From Acidobacteriota bacterium (GTDB lineage: Bacteria; Acidobacteriota; Thermoanaerobaculia; Multivoradales; UBA5704): DNA of 64,000 bases. The translations under genes were made by a program, and so were the position numbers. Of the stretch, positions 39,050-48,367 are shown in pieces. The stretch covers positions 1 through 64,000 of the forward strand of contig JBDTZG010000023.1 of NCBI GenBank assembly GCA_040005235.1, read 5' to 3'. The number at the start of each line of letters is the position of its first letter. Position 1 is the first letter of the stretch. A model generated the notes under the pieces. The model was not told where the DNA came from. It worked only from the letters and a program-made list of their open reading frames with translations, and ran no database searches.

Positions 39050-40066
39050 TTGCGCAAAACCCTTTGGACCGGTCTCGCCCTCATCCTCGCCGCGATTGCC
39101 ACGGTCGCCGCGGGGCCGCCCAACCTCGCCACCGCGATCGACGCGCAGCGCAAGCTCGCGGCCGAGCGGCCGGACGACCCGACGGTGCAGAACGACCTCG
39201 GAAACCTCCTGCAACTCGCCAAGCACTCGGACGAGGCGGAAGCGGCCTACCGCCGCGCGATCGAGCTCGACGCCAAGCACGCCTCGTTCCATTTCAACCT
39301 CGGTCTGGTGCTCGAAAAGCGCGGCGACAACCGTGCCGCCATGAAGGAGTACAAAACGGCGGTCGAGCTGGAACCGAAACATGCCTGGGCGCATTACCAA
39401 ATTGGCGCCCTGCTCGAAAAGGCAGGCCGCAAGGAACCGGCGATCCGTTCCTACGCCCGGGCCTTCGCCCTCGATCCGCAACTCGGTTTCCCCGAGGTCA
39501 ATCCGAGCCTGCTCGACAGCCAGCTGACCACCTCGGCGATGCTGCGCGCCTACCGGACACAGGAGGCGCCGACCCTCACCGCGGCGCGATACGACGACCC
39601 ACTGCACATCCGCGGCCTGCTGGTGCCGACGCCCCCCGCAACCCCGGCCGATGAAACGGCCGTCGATCCGGATGCGGCCGCCGCCGCCGCGCTCGCCGGA
39701 AAAACCTCCAAGACCACGCCCCCGACTGTCCTCAAACCGCAGAGTCTGCAGAACACCGGAAAGGCCGGCCAGGTACAGCCCGCGGGCGCCGCGGGCCGGG
39801 CCGGCACCAGCCGGGTCTATCCGCGAGGGGGAAACCCGGGCCTCCAGACCTGGACCCGCCCGGAGCCGGTCGAGCCGCAGGTCTACGACGATGGCAGTGA
39901 AGAGATCCCGGCCGAGGGAGACGACCTGACCCCGCCCCCCCCGCCCTCGCCGGGCTCCGTTTACTACAATCCCGGCCTACCGAGCACCGGGCGCCTGGAT
40001 CTGCGCCTGGTGCCCGGCAGGGCCGTCCATCGGACCGAAACGCAAGCCCGCGTCGGACGCGGATAG
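39050..40066 (+). CDS. Exported TPR protein with Pro-rich C-terminal tail
   Basis: AAGGAG RBS with TTG start, signal peptide, 3-4 TPRs, low-complexity Pro/Ala tail. Confidence 0.72.
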   Translation: MRKTLWTGLALILAAIATVAAGPPNLATAIDAQRKLAAERPDDPTVQNDLGNLLQLAKHSDEAEAAYRRAIELDAKHASFHFNLGLVLEKRGDNRAAMKEYKTAVELEPKHAWAHYQIGALLEKAGRKEPAIRSYARAFALDPQLGFPEVNPSLLDSQLTTSAMLRAYRTQEAPTLTAARYDDPLHIRGLLVPTPPATPADETAVDPDAAAAAALAGKTSKTTPPTVLKPQSLQNTGKAGQVQPAGAAGRAGTSRVYPRGGNPGLQTWTRPEPVEPQVYDDGSEEIPAEGDDLTPPPPPSPGSVYYNPGLPSTGRLDLRLVPGRAVHRTETQARVGRG

Positions 40067-40094
40067 TCCCTCAGGCGGCGCGCAGACATTCGCC

Positions 40095-40295
40095 ATGCCG
40101 CCCCTTCGCGAATCCTCCGACCGGCCCTCTCCATCCTCTTCCGCGCCTTCTCCCGCACCCCAGCAGCGCACGGCGGCCGAAGTCCTGATGCGCACCTGCC
40201 CGAACTGCGGGCGCGAGCTGGCCGAGCGCAAGTGCAAACTTTACTGCCCCGACCCGCGCTGCGGTTACTTCCTCTCCTGCGCCGACTACTATTAG
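40095..40295 (+). CDS. Small CPxCG zinc-finger protein (start may be 40188)
   Basis: MRTCPNCGRELAERKCKLYCPDPRCGYFLSCADYY, six Cys. Confidence 0.7.
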   Translation: MPPLRESSDRPSPSSSAPSPAPQQRTAAEVLMRTCPNCGRELAERKCKLYCPDPRCGYFLSCADYY

Positions 40296-40356
40296 CGCCG
40301 CCGCGAGTTCGTTCCCGGGATGTGGCGCTCGGAAGTTCATGGCGGTCGACACCGGG

Positions 40357-41031
40357 CTACTCCCGCCAGACCGCCACCTCGTCCAGCCCCTTCCGCTTCA
40401 AGTCCGGCACGGTCGCGTCGGCGGCGGGGTAGCCCACGGGGAAGAGGATGAATGGCTTCTCGTTGCTCGGCCGGTCGAGGATGCGGGAGAGGAACGCCAT
40501 CGGGCTCGGGGTGTGAGTGAGGGTCGAAAGCCCCATGCGTTGGAGGGCAGCGACGAACAGGCCGCAGGCGATGCCGACGCTCTCTTTCGGGTAGTAGTTC
40601 TTCCGTTTGGTGCCGTCGGGAAGGCGGCCGAAAAGCTCTTCGAAGACCACGACGAGCCAGGGCGCGGTTTCGAGGAACGATTTTTCCCAGGATGTGCCGA
40701 TCGGCGCCAGCGCTTCGAGCCATTCCGGTGGCATTCGGCCTCCGACGTAGCTTTCGTACTCCTCGGCCTCGGCGGCAGCGCGGATCTCACGCTTGATCTC
40801 GGGGTCTGAGATCGCGACGAAGGTCCACGGCTGGCGGTGCGCTCCGGAAGGGGCGGTCGAAGCGGTGCGGATCGCCAGCTCGATCGCTTCGCGCGGCACG
40901 GGCTGGTCGGAAAAGAATCGGACGCTCCGCCGCCGATCCATTTCGGCGAAAAAGTCGCGCCCACGCTCCAGCGATTCGGATTCCGGCAGAGGCTCGGCGA
41001 AGTAGGGAACATGCCGGTATTCGGTCGTCAC
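40357..41031 (-). CDS. Nitroreductase-family, iodotyrosine deiodinase-like flavoprotein
   Basis: RRRSVRFFS, APSGAHRQPW, EEYESY, WEKSFLETAP, ESVGIACG, LTHTPSPM. Confidence 0.85.
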   Translation of the reverse strand: MTTEYRHVPYFAEPLPESESLERGRDFFAEMDRRRSVRFFSDQPVPREAIELAIRTASTAPSGAHRQPWTFVAISDPEIKREIRAAAEAEEYESYVGGRMPPEWLEALAPIGTSWEKSFLETAPWLVVVFEELFGRLPDGTKRKNYYPKESVGIACGLFVAALQRMGLSTLTHTPSPMAFLSRILDRPSNEKPFILFPVGYPAADATVPDLKRKGLDEVAVWRE

Positions 41032-41079
41032 TCGATGCCTCCCCCTCGTGGAACCGGCCGCATACCGGCCGCAAACCAA

Positions 41080-41109
41080 GAACGCCCGGCGATCTCTCGC
41101 CGGGCGTTC
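41080..41109 (-). terminator. Terminator after the dsbA-like gene
   Basis: 13-bp perfect stem GAACGCCCGGCGA-TCTC-TCGCCGGGCGTTC followed by a T-rich run on the minus strand. Confidence 0.75.
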
Positions 41110-41157
41110 GGACTTGCGTTCAAAAGAGCGCTAAGCGGCTCGCGCCTTGGCTAAATC

Positions 41158-42249
41158 TTACTTGGCACCCTTGCGCTGCAGCTCGTCGTCGATCACCTTG
41201 GCGATGTCCGCATAGGGAACCGCCCCCGAGATGAAGCGGCCGTTGATGAACAAAGCGGGCGTGCCCGAAACACCGGCTTCGGAACCCGCCTTGACGTCCT
41301 CAGCCACCTTCGGCGCGTACTTGCCACCGTCGAGGCAGGCGTTGAATTGGTCGGCCTTGAGCCCCATACCGGCTGCCTTTTCCTTCAGCTTGTCGACGGC
41401 AAGCTCGTCCTGCTTGCTGAACATCGCGTTGTGCATTTCCCAGAACTTGCCCTGTTCGTCGGCGCAGAGTGAGGCCTCGGCGGCCTTCTGGGCGAACTGG
41501 TGGAAGTTCAAGGGGAACTGACGAAAGACGAGGTGCACCTTGTCTCCGTAGGTCGACTTGACCTGCTCGACGGTCGGGTACAGGCGCGAGCAGAACGGGC
41601 ACTGGAAATCGGAGAACTCGACGATCGTGACCGGTGCGTTCTTGGGACCGCGCTCCGGACCGGTCGCAGCGACCTCGACCCGCATCGGCTCCAGGGTGTA
41701 TTTGACCGCGTATTTGGTCTCCAGCTCGGTCGTGAACTTCTCTTTCGCCTCGGTCTGGCGCTGCTGGTTGAGGTAGTTCTTGATCTGCGGCGCGATCTGC
41801 TCTTTGGTGGTACCCGGGGGGATGCGCGCCTTATTCTCTTCGTAGAACGAGTCGACTTCGGCGTCCGAGGGATCTGTGACCGTGACCGCGCTCGCAAGGA
41901 ACGCCTCTTTGGTCATGTTCTTCGCGGCGGCTTCCTTCTCAACCAGAGAATCCTGGACGAGCTTGTGAACCTGCGCGTCCATCACGTCGTGCTTGCCCTT
42001 TTCGTACTCGGACTGGCACTGCTTGAGGCGGTTCTCAAGCTGGTCGAAATCGGTCGCCGAGTTCTTGCGGACATCGCCGGCGGTCACCGACTTGTCGCCG
42101 TACTTGGCCACGACTTCACTGTCCGGAATTTCCTTGGACGCCATTTTGGCATCCGTTTTCTGGGCCGAGCACGCCGGCATCCACACGCCCGCGAGGACGA
42201 GGGCTGCCACCCAGGCGCGGCGCACGAGCTTGCGATCCGTTCCGTTCAT
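41158..42249 (-). CDS. DsbA/thioredoxin-fold lipoprotein with SurA-like N-terminal domain
   Basis: Lipobox-like MPAC, EFSDFQCPFC, RQFPL, GVSGTP. Confidence 0.88.
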   Translation of the reverse strand: MNGTDRKLVRRAWVAALVLAGVWMPACSAQKTDAKMASKEIPDSEVVAKYGDKSVTAGDVRKNSATDFDQLENRLKQCQSEYEKGKHDVMDAQVHKLVQDSLVEKEAAAKNMTKEAFLASAVTVTDPSDAEVDSFYEENKARIPPGTTKEQIAPQIKNYLNQQRQTEAKEKFTTELETKYAVKYTLEPMRVEVAATGPERGPKNAPVTIVEFSDFQCPFCSRLYPTVEQVKSTYGDKVHLVFRQFPLNFHQFAQKAAEASLCADEQGKFWEMHNAMFSKQDELAVDKLKEKAAGMGLKADQFNACLDGGKYAPKVAEDVKAGSEAGVSGTPALFINGRFISGAVPYADIAKVIDDELQRKGAK

Positions 42250-42520
42250 CGTTCTTGACTCCTTGGTCAAAGTTTCGGAAGAGCCCGAGGACGCTTCCGG
42301 AGGATTCCGCGCGACAGGGCCCACGAATGTAGCACACGCCAACAGGCAAGACTTGGGCCAACCCGTTCTGGCACACGCCGCGCCTGGTAGTCCTCGATTT
42401 TAAGGTGCTCGCCGAGCCTTGAGGCGGGTCACGGTACGAACGATCCGGAACCGAAGCACCAAAGAAAGACCTCACCCGGAGGGCTCGAAATCGAGGCTAT
42501 GAGCGGCGCGAAGGGAATCT

Positions 42521-42549
42521 TTGACACCGACCGCCGGTTGTGAGACACT
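42521..42549 (+). promoter_or_regulatory. sigma70 promoter of tRNA-fMet
   Basis: TTGACA (42521), 17 nt spacer, TGnGACACT. Confidence 0.65.
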
Positions 42550-42575
42550 GCCGCTCCCCTGGAGACAGGGGGCAC

Positions 42576-42656
<81 letters not shown>

Positions 42657-42664
42657 GAAATTCT

Positions 42665-42698
42665 CAAGGCAGGCCTTACGGCCTGCCTTGTTTCTTTT
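42665..42698 (+). terminator. Intrinsic terminator after the tRNA
   Basis: CAAGGCAGGCC-TTAC-GGCCTGCCTTG followed by TTTCTTTT. Confidence 0.88.
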
Positions 42699-42751
42699 GG
42701 GTCGTACCCTTTGAAGGGAGCTGACAGCGGGTATCCTCGCGGCGCCTGCTT

Positions 42752-45700
42752 ATGCCCCCGCTCTCCTGTCTGGTCGTCGGCGATTCCGCGGTCACCGTTT
42801 CGTGCCTGGAGATCCTCCGGGCGCGCGGCTTGCCGCTTGTCGGAGTAGTGACCGCGGACCCCCGTGTGGGCGGTTGGGCGGTAGAAAACGGCCTACCGAC
42901 CTGCCATCTGGCCCTCTCGGCGCCTCTCACTGCCGAGCACGTGACGGATCTGGCGGCGGGCACTCCGATCGATCTGCTCTGGAGCATCCACAACCTGCGC
43001 AGGCTGCTTCCGGACGTTCTCGCCCTTCCCCGGCGGCTGGCGATCAACTACCACGACGCACCTCTCCCGCGCTACGCGGGACTCCACGCCACGAGTTGGG
43101 CGATCGCCAATCGAGAGAGGAGCCACGGCATCACCTGGCACCGAGCCGACGCGGAGATCGACGCAGGCGACGTCCTGATCCAGCGAACGATCGAAATCGG
43201 TCCGCACGAAACCGCCTGGACGCTCAACAATCGGTGCAGCGAGGCGGCCGCGGAATCGTTTGGAGCGTTGCTCGATGCTCTGCTCGACGGTAGTCTCGCT
43301 CCACGCCCTCAAGATCTGGCGCACCGCACGTTCTTTCCCGGCTGGCGCACGCCGCGACCCGGTTGCGTGATCCCCTGGGATCAAGCGGCAGAGCAGGCTT
43401 GCGCGTTCGTTCGCGGACTCGATTTTGGTATTGCCGACAATCCTCTAGGCTTTCCGAAGCTGCTCGCCCCGGACGGGACGTTTCTGGTGGGGAGCCTGGA
43501 GGTCCTTGCCCCTTTGGGTGCCGCAGCGGGGGAGCCGGGCAGGGTGACGGCAGTCACGGCCGAGGGGATCGACGTGACCACCGCGACCTCACGGGTGCGG
43601 GTGACCTCGCTAGTCGACCTCTCCGGCCGCTCGGTGCGCCCAACGGAGGTCGGCCTCGCAAAGGGTACGGTTTTACCTTCTGCCGCGCCGCGCGAAGCGG
43701 ACCTCGAACGATGGGAGCGCTCCAACCGTCGGCATGAGCGGTTCTGGAGCGAAATCCTTTCCGGGCTATCGCCGCTGGCGCCGCCGGGCTTCGAAAGCGA
43801 GAGCTCCGAGGCGGCCGAATTAGAGACTTCCCTGGCGCCCGAGCTGCTCGGCTCATTTGCCGAGAAAAGCCTTACCTGCGAGGAAGCCTTGCTCGTGGCA
43901 GTTTGCGCCGGGTTTGCCGCCGAGATCGACCAGCCTTTCGACCTGGCGGTTTCCGAGCCCGGGCAGCGCCGCTCGATCGATGAAATCGCCGGAAACGGCC
44001 TGCTTGCGCCGCGGCTGCCGCTCAGAGTTGGAAAGCTCGATCCGGAGGAGTTTGGTCTTTCGGCGTTCGCGTGGATCCTCGTTCGAGAGTGGCGTCGGCG
44101 GCGGGCACGCGGCGCCTACGCGATCGATCTGCCGCTCCGGATTCGTCGTTTGCGGCTCCGCGCCGAACGGGGGGAACGGATCGAGCCCGCGGTGGCGCTC
44201 GACCTGATGGCGGAAGGTGAGGACCCGCGAATGTTGCCGTGGGCCGGTGCGGTTCTCGCGATCGGAATCGATCCCTCCGGCCGGATGCTCTGGCGCGCCC
44301 GCCGGTCCGAGAGCGAGTTGAGGGCGCTCGCCGGACGTTTCCTTCTGGGGTTCGGGCCGGGACTTGCGGCGGAGCCGTGTTGTGAAACGGCGCGTCGACA
44401 GATCCTCTCAGCGCATGAGGACGCCGAAGCGGGCTCTCTCGTCGCCCGATTCCGGTCCCACGCGGCACGAGCGCCCGAGGCGCTTGCGCTCGCGGCGGGA
44501 GAGGAGGCATGGAGCTACGGTGCGCTTGCCGCCCGAATCGATCGGCTGGCCGCGGCGCTCGTGCGGCGCGGCGTCTTTCCCGAGCGGCTGGTTGCGCTGC
44601 GCCTCCAACGGCTGGCCGATCAGGTCACCGCGATCTTCGCCGTTCTCGCCGCGGGCGGCGCGTTCGTCGTCTTGGAGAGCGCCGATCCACCCGGCCGCCT
44701 CGAACGGGTTCTGGCGCAGTGCCATCCCGACTTGATTCTTAGCGACCGGTCGGAGGCTTGGCTGGCCCGCTACGCGCCGGTCCACTCGATCGGGCTCGCC
44801 GAGGCGGCGGAGGGGCCGGCGGTCGCGTGCGATGAGGAAAGCGACGGAGCGGGAGGCACTCTCGCTTACGTCGCGTTCACCTCCGGATCGGGAGGCGGGC
44901 CGAAAGGTGTTGCGGTCGAGCGGCGGGCGATCTCCAAATACATCGGAGAGGCCGGACGGTTTTTCGCCTTCGCGCCGGGCGACCGCGTGTTGCAGCTCGG
45001 GTCGGCGGCATTCGACCTGGCCTACGAACAGATCTTCGGCGCACTCTGCAACGGTGCGAGCCTGATCGGACGGGCGGACCCCGCCTGGCCGGGTACTCCG
45101 GAGCTGTTCGCGCAGCTCGATCGGTTGGCCATCACGGTACTCGATCTGCCGACCGCGGTCTGGGAACAGCTGAGCCGCGACGCGGCACGCACAGGGCTCG
45201 CCTGGCCGCGCAAGCTCCGTCTGGTCATCCTCGGCGGCGAACGGGCGACCGCCTCGGCCGCCCGCGCCTGGAAGGCGACAGGAGGGGGATCGATCCGCCT
45301 GATCAACACCTACGGTCCGACCGAGGCGACGATCGTCGCCACTTGGTGGGAAGCGGGAGGCGGGGATTGCGAAGAGGTGCCCGAAACCGGCTTGCCGATC
45401 GGTCGGCCGATTCCGGGCACGACCGCTTGGGTGCTCGACGAAGATCAACAGACGGTGCCCGAGGGCGATCCGGGCGAGCTGTGGATCGGCGGAACGGGGC
45501 TCGCTCGCGGTTACCACCGCCGCCCCGATCGAACCGCGGAGCGCTTCGTGTCGGTCGCCGCCGCGAAGGGCGCCCGCCTCTATCGGACGGGCGATCAGGT
45601 CCGGCGCAGAGAGGACGGCCATCTTGAATTCCTCGGCCGTCTCGACCGGCAGCTGAAGATCGCGGGACGGCGCATCGAGCCGGGGGAGATCGAGGCGACG

Positions 45701-47017
45701 CTCGACGAGATTCCGGGGGTGGCCATGGCTGCAGTTGCCGCGGTCGCTTCCCTTGAACTTCCCGACCTCGATGGCGCCCCCGTTCGCCTCGCGGCCTGGG
45801 TGGTGCTCCAGAAGGGGGCTGCACTCGCGGAGATCGAAGCGGAAGCAGCCCGCCGCTTGCCCGCGTTCGTTCACCTCGCGGGCATTTTTCCCGCGACCTC
45901 GCTGCCGCTGAGCCCCGCGGGCAAAGTGGACTTCGAGGCTCTCCGCGCGAACCTGAAGGTCGGGAGCGGCCGTCCAAGGGTTCCTCCGTCAGACCCTCCC
46001 CGTGAGGGATCGGAGCGCACGCTCGGCGAAATCTGGCGGCGAGTCTTGGGGCTCGATGCGATTCGTCGGAATGACGATTTCTTCAACCTCGGAGGCGATT
46101 CGCTTGCCGCCGCACGGCTGCTTGCGGCGATCGAAGAACAGTTCGACCGGCGGCTGCGGATCGCGCAGCTCTTGAAGGCGCCCACGCTCTCGGCCCTCGC
46201 CGGCGAGCTCGGGGCAAATCGTTCCGACCGCAAACGCACCGCCGAGAGCTCTTGCCGGGTCGACCTGCAGCCGGAAGGAAAAGCACCCGGATTGGCTTTC
46301 GTCCACGGGCTCGGTGGCCACCTGCTGCGCTTGGTCCCGCTCGCCCGCGCGTTCGCTCCCGACCAGCCGGTTCTCGGTCTGCAGAGCCCAGGACTGGACG
46401 ACGACCGGCCGATTCCGCGCACGATCGAGGAGCTGGCCGCTGTCTATCTCGCGGCGCTGCGCGAAGCGCAGGGGCCGGGGCCGCATCGTTTGGTGGGGAT
46501 GTCGTTCGGCGGTGTCGTGGCGCTCGAAATGGCGCGCCAGGCGGTGGCGGTCGGAGAGAGCGTGGCGATGTTGGCGCTTCTCGACACCGACGTCTCCGAG
46601 ATCCTGCCCGCCTTTCGCCCCGCGCGGCCCGGCCCGTCGGTACGGATCAAGGCCGCTCTTCGACGTTTCCTCGGCGATCGCCTCGGCCGCGCCCGTAGGC
46701 GATTGCGGCACGTTTTCGGAAGGAACGGCGTCGATGAGGTCGAACGGGCGAACGAATATCGCAACTTCACGGCGGTTCTCCGCGCGAACGAAGAAGCCCT
46801 TGGGCGCTACCAGGTCGGTCGCTACGCGGGGCGGGTGATCTTTTTCGAGGCCACTCCCCGCCCCCAAGGACTGTACGACGAGCTGGTCCGAGTCTGCGGC
46901 TGCGATCTTGAACGGGTGCGTGTGCCGGGCGACCACCTGAGCATGCTCGAACCCCCCCACGTCGCCGGGCTCGCCGCCGAGCTGCGGCGGCGGGTGAGCC
47001 CCTTTACCTCGGATTGA
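42752..47017 (+). CDS. Single-module NRPS: formyltransferase - degenerate linker - A - PCP - TE
   Basis: F domain NYHDAPLPRYAG..GITWH..IDAGD. A domain FTSGSGGGPKG, FDL, NTYGPTE, LYRTGD, GRLDRQLKIAG, AGKVD. T domain FFNLGGDSL. TE domain GMSFGG, GDHLSML. Confidence 0.9.
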   Translation: MPPLSCLVVGDSAVTVSCLEILRARGLPLVGVVTADPRVGGWAVENGLPTCHLALSAPLTAEHVTDLAAGTPIDLLWSIHNLRRLLPDVLALPRRLAINYHDAPLPRYAGLHATSWAIANRERSHGITWHRADAEIDAGDVLIQRTIEIGPHETAWTLNNRCSEAAAESFGALLDALLDGSLAPRPQDLAHRTFFPGWRTPRPGCVIPWDQAAEQACAFVRGLDFGIADNPLGFPKLLAPDGTFLVGSLEVLAPLGAAAGEPGRVTAVTAEGIDVTTATSRVRVTSLVDLSGRSVRPTEVGLAKGTVLPSAAPREADLERWERSNRRHERFWSEILSGLSPLAPPGFESESSEAAELETSLAPELLGSFAEKSLTCEEALLVAVCAGFAAEIDQPFDLAVSEPGQRRSIDEIAGNGLLAPRLPLRVGKLDPEEFGLSAFAWILVREWRRRRARGAYAIDLPLRIRRLRLRAERGERIEPAVALDLMAEGEDPRMLPWAGAVLAIGIDPSGRMLWRARRSESELRALAGRFLLGFGPGLAAEPCCETARRQILSAHEDAEAGSLVARFRSHAARAPEALALAAGEEAWSYGALAARIDRLAAALVRRGVFPERLVALRLQRLADQVTAIFAVLAAGGAFVVLESADPPGRLERVLAQCHPDLILSDRSEAWLARYAPVHSIGLAEAAEGPAVACDEESDGAGGTLAYVAFTSGSGGGPKGVAVERRAISKYIGEAGRFFAFAPGDRVLQLGSAAFDLAYEQIFGALCNGASLIGRADPAWPGTPELFAQLDRLAITVLDLPTAVWEQLSRDAARTGLAWPRKLRLVILGGERATASAARAWKATGGGSIRLINTYGPTEATIVATWWEAGGGDCEEVPETGLPIGRPIPGTTAWVLDEDQQTVPEGDPGELWIGGTGLARGYHRRPDRTAERFVSVAAAKGARLYRTGDQVRRREDGHLEFLGRLDRQLKIAGRRIEPGEIEATLDEIPGVAMAAVAAVASLELPDLDGAPVRLAAWVVLQKGAALAEIEAEAARRLPAFVHLAGIFPATSLPLSPAGKVDFEALRANLKVGSGRPRVPPSDPPREGSERTLGEIWRRVLGLDAIRRNDDFFNLGGDSLAAARLLAAIEEQFDRRLRIAQLLKAPTLSALAGELGANRSDRKRTAESSCRVDLQPEGKAPGLAFVHGLGGHLLRLVPLARAFAPDQPVLGLQSPGLDDDRPIPRTIEELAAVYLAALREAQGPGPHRLVGMSFGGVVALEMARQAVAVGESVAMLALLDTDVSEILPAFRPARPGPSVRIKAALRRFLGDRLGRARRRLRHVFGRNGVDEVERANEYRNFTAVLRANEEALGRYQVGRYAGRVIFFEATPRPQGLYDELVRVCGCDLERVRVPGDHLSMLEPPHVAGLAAELRRRVSPFTSD

Positions 47018-48284
47018 CGCTCGGGATCGGCTGGATTGCGACCGGGTCGAGCGGATCGGCAGGAACCGGAGTCGCGGGTTCCACAGCAACCGGCTTGGGA
47101 GGCGCCTTTTCCGGCTCGGTCACCCGTCGGGTCAGACCGCCCACGCCGAGCATCAAGGCCGCGGCCATCCAGAACGGCGCTTGGGGGCCGAGGACGTCGA
47201 ACGCCTTGCCGGCCCAGATCGGGCCGAGCATGCGGGCAACTCCGCCGAACGCCTGCTGGACGCCCATCACCTGGCCCGTCTCTCCGTCAGGCGCGGTGCG
47301 CGAAACGAGCGCGGTGGTCGCGGGGAAAAGCAGCGCCGTGCCGACCGGCACGAACAGAACCGCCACGGCGAGCACCGGAATGCTCGGCGCAAACGGGATC
47401 GCGGCAAGGCCGACCGCGAGCGCGATCGCACCCAGTTTCATTACGCCCACCTCGCCGAAGCGGCGCACCATCGGCCCCAGCAGCAGGGCGCGCATGACCA
47501 GGGAGATGCTGCCCACATAGGTGTAGAACCAGCCGATCGACTCCTTGGTGACCCCGAATTTCTTCGCCAGGTAGAGAGCGAGGATGCCGTTCATCGCCAT
47601 GAAGGCCATCATGCCCACGGCGTAGACCCAGATCAGCGAGGCGACCGGCGAGGTCGGCTCGCGCAGCACTTCCGCGATTGATTTGCGCAGCGAGCGGCGC
47701 GGCGCCGTGCTCTTGGGCACGGTGCTCCGCCGCCTCGGTTCGGGCAGCCACAAATAGGCAGAAATCGCGTTGGCAATGCACAGCGCGGCGGCGACGAAGC
47801 CGGGACCCGAAGCACCCAGCCGGGTGGCGTACGAGCCGATCAGAGGCCCGATCATGACCCCGGCGCTGGTGGCCGCGGTGATCCAGCCCAGAGCCTTTGC
47901 CCGCTCTTCCGGCGCAACCGCGTCGCTCACGTAGGCCTGGACGACGCCGACCGTTCCGCCGCCCACCCCTTGGACGAAGCGGAAGGCGAACAGCATCCAG
48001 ATCGAGGTGGCAAAGCCGAACAACGCGAAAGACACCGCCGAGATGAGAAGTCCGACGATCAGCAGCGGCCGTCGGCCGTAGCGGTCGGAGAGTCGCCCCC
48101 AAAACGGCGAAGAGAGCAATTGCGCCGCGGCGAAGATCGCCACCAGCAGGCCGACCATGGTCGCCGTCGCCCCCAGACTCTCGGCGTAAAACGGCAGCAG
48201 CGGGTGGACGATCAAGAAACCCACCATGTCCACGAACACCGTGGCCATGAGGACCGAGAGCTGGCGCAGCGCGCTTTTTTCCAT
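47004..48284 (-). CDS. MFS transporter (TetA/DHA1-like)
   Basis: GRLSDRYGRRP motif A and about 12 TM segments. Confidence 0.9.
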   Translation of the reverse strand: MEKSALRQLSVLMATVFVDMVGFLIVHPLLPFYAESLGATATMVGLLVAIFAAAQLLSSPFWGRLSDRYGRRPLLIVGLLISAVSFALFGFATSIWMLFAFRFVQGVGGGTVGVVQAYVSDAVAPEERAKALGWITAATSAGVMIGPLIGSYATRLGASGPGFVAAALCIANAISAYLWLPEPRRRSTVPKSTAPRRSLRKSIAEVLREPTSPVASLIWVYAVGMMAFMAMNGILALYLAKKFGVTKESIGWFYTYVGSISLVMRALLLGPMVRRFGEVGVMKLGAIALAVGLAAIPFAPSIPVLAVAVLFVPVGTALLFPATTALVSRTAPDGETGQVMGVQQAFGGVARMLGPIWAGKAFDVLGPQAPFWMAAALMLGVGGLTRRVTEPEKAPPKPVAVEPATPVPADPLDPVAIQPIPSVNPR

Positions 48285-48367
48285 GCAGGAGCCTCAGGCG
48301 AGGAAGGACCGGTGGCTCCGGCCCGCAATAGAGAACGCAAAACTGGGGTTGCGGGTTGCGGGGTTCG

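Noticed and set aside
36862-42249. Selenoprotein (in-frame TGA) near selA
   Set aside because: Neighbouring redox proteins have ordinary Cys motifs (CPFC), and I saw no TGA-interrupted ORF. Not exhaustively tested.
42369-42383. TGGCAC-N5-GCGC sigma54-like sequence upstream of the tRNA
   Set aside because: Poor -12 element, and a good sigma70 promoter lies closer to the tRNA.
48345-48366. Short GGGTTGC tandem repeats
   Set aside because: Only about three intergenic copies. Not a CRISPR array or a convincing contingency locus.
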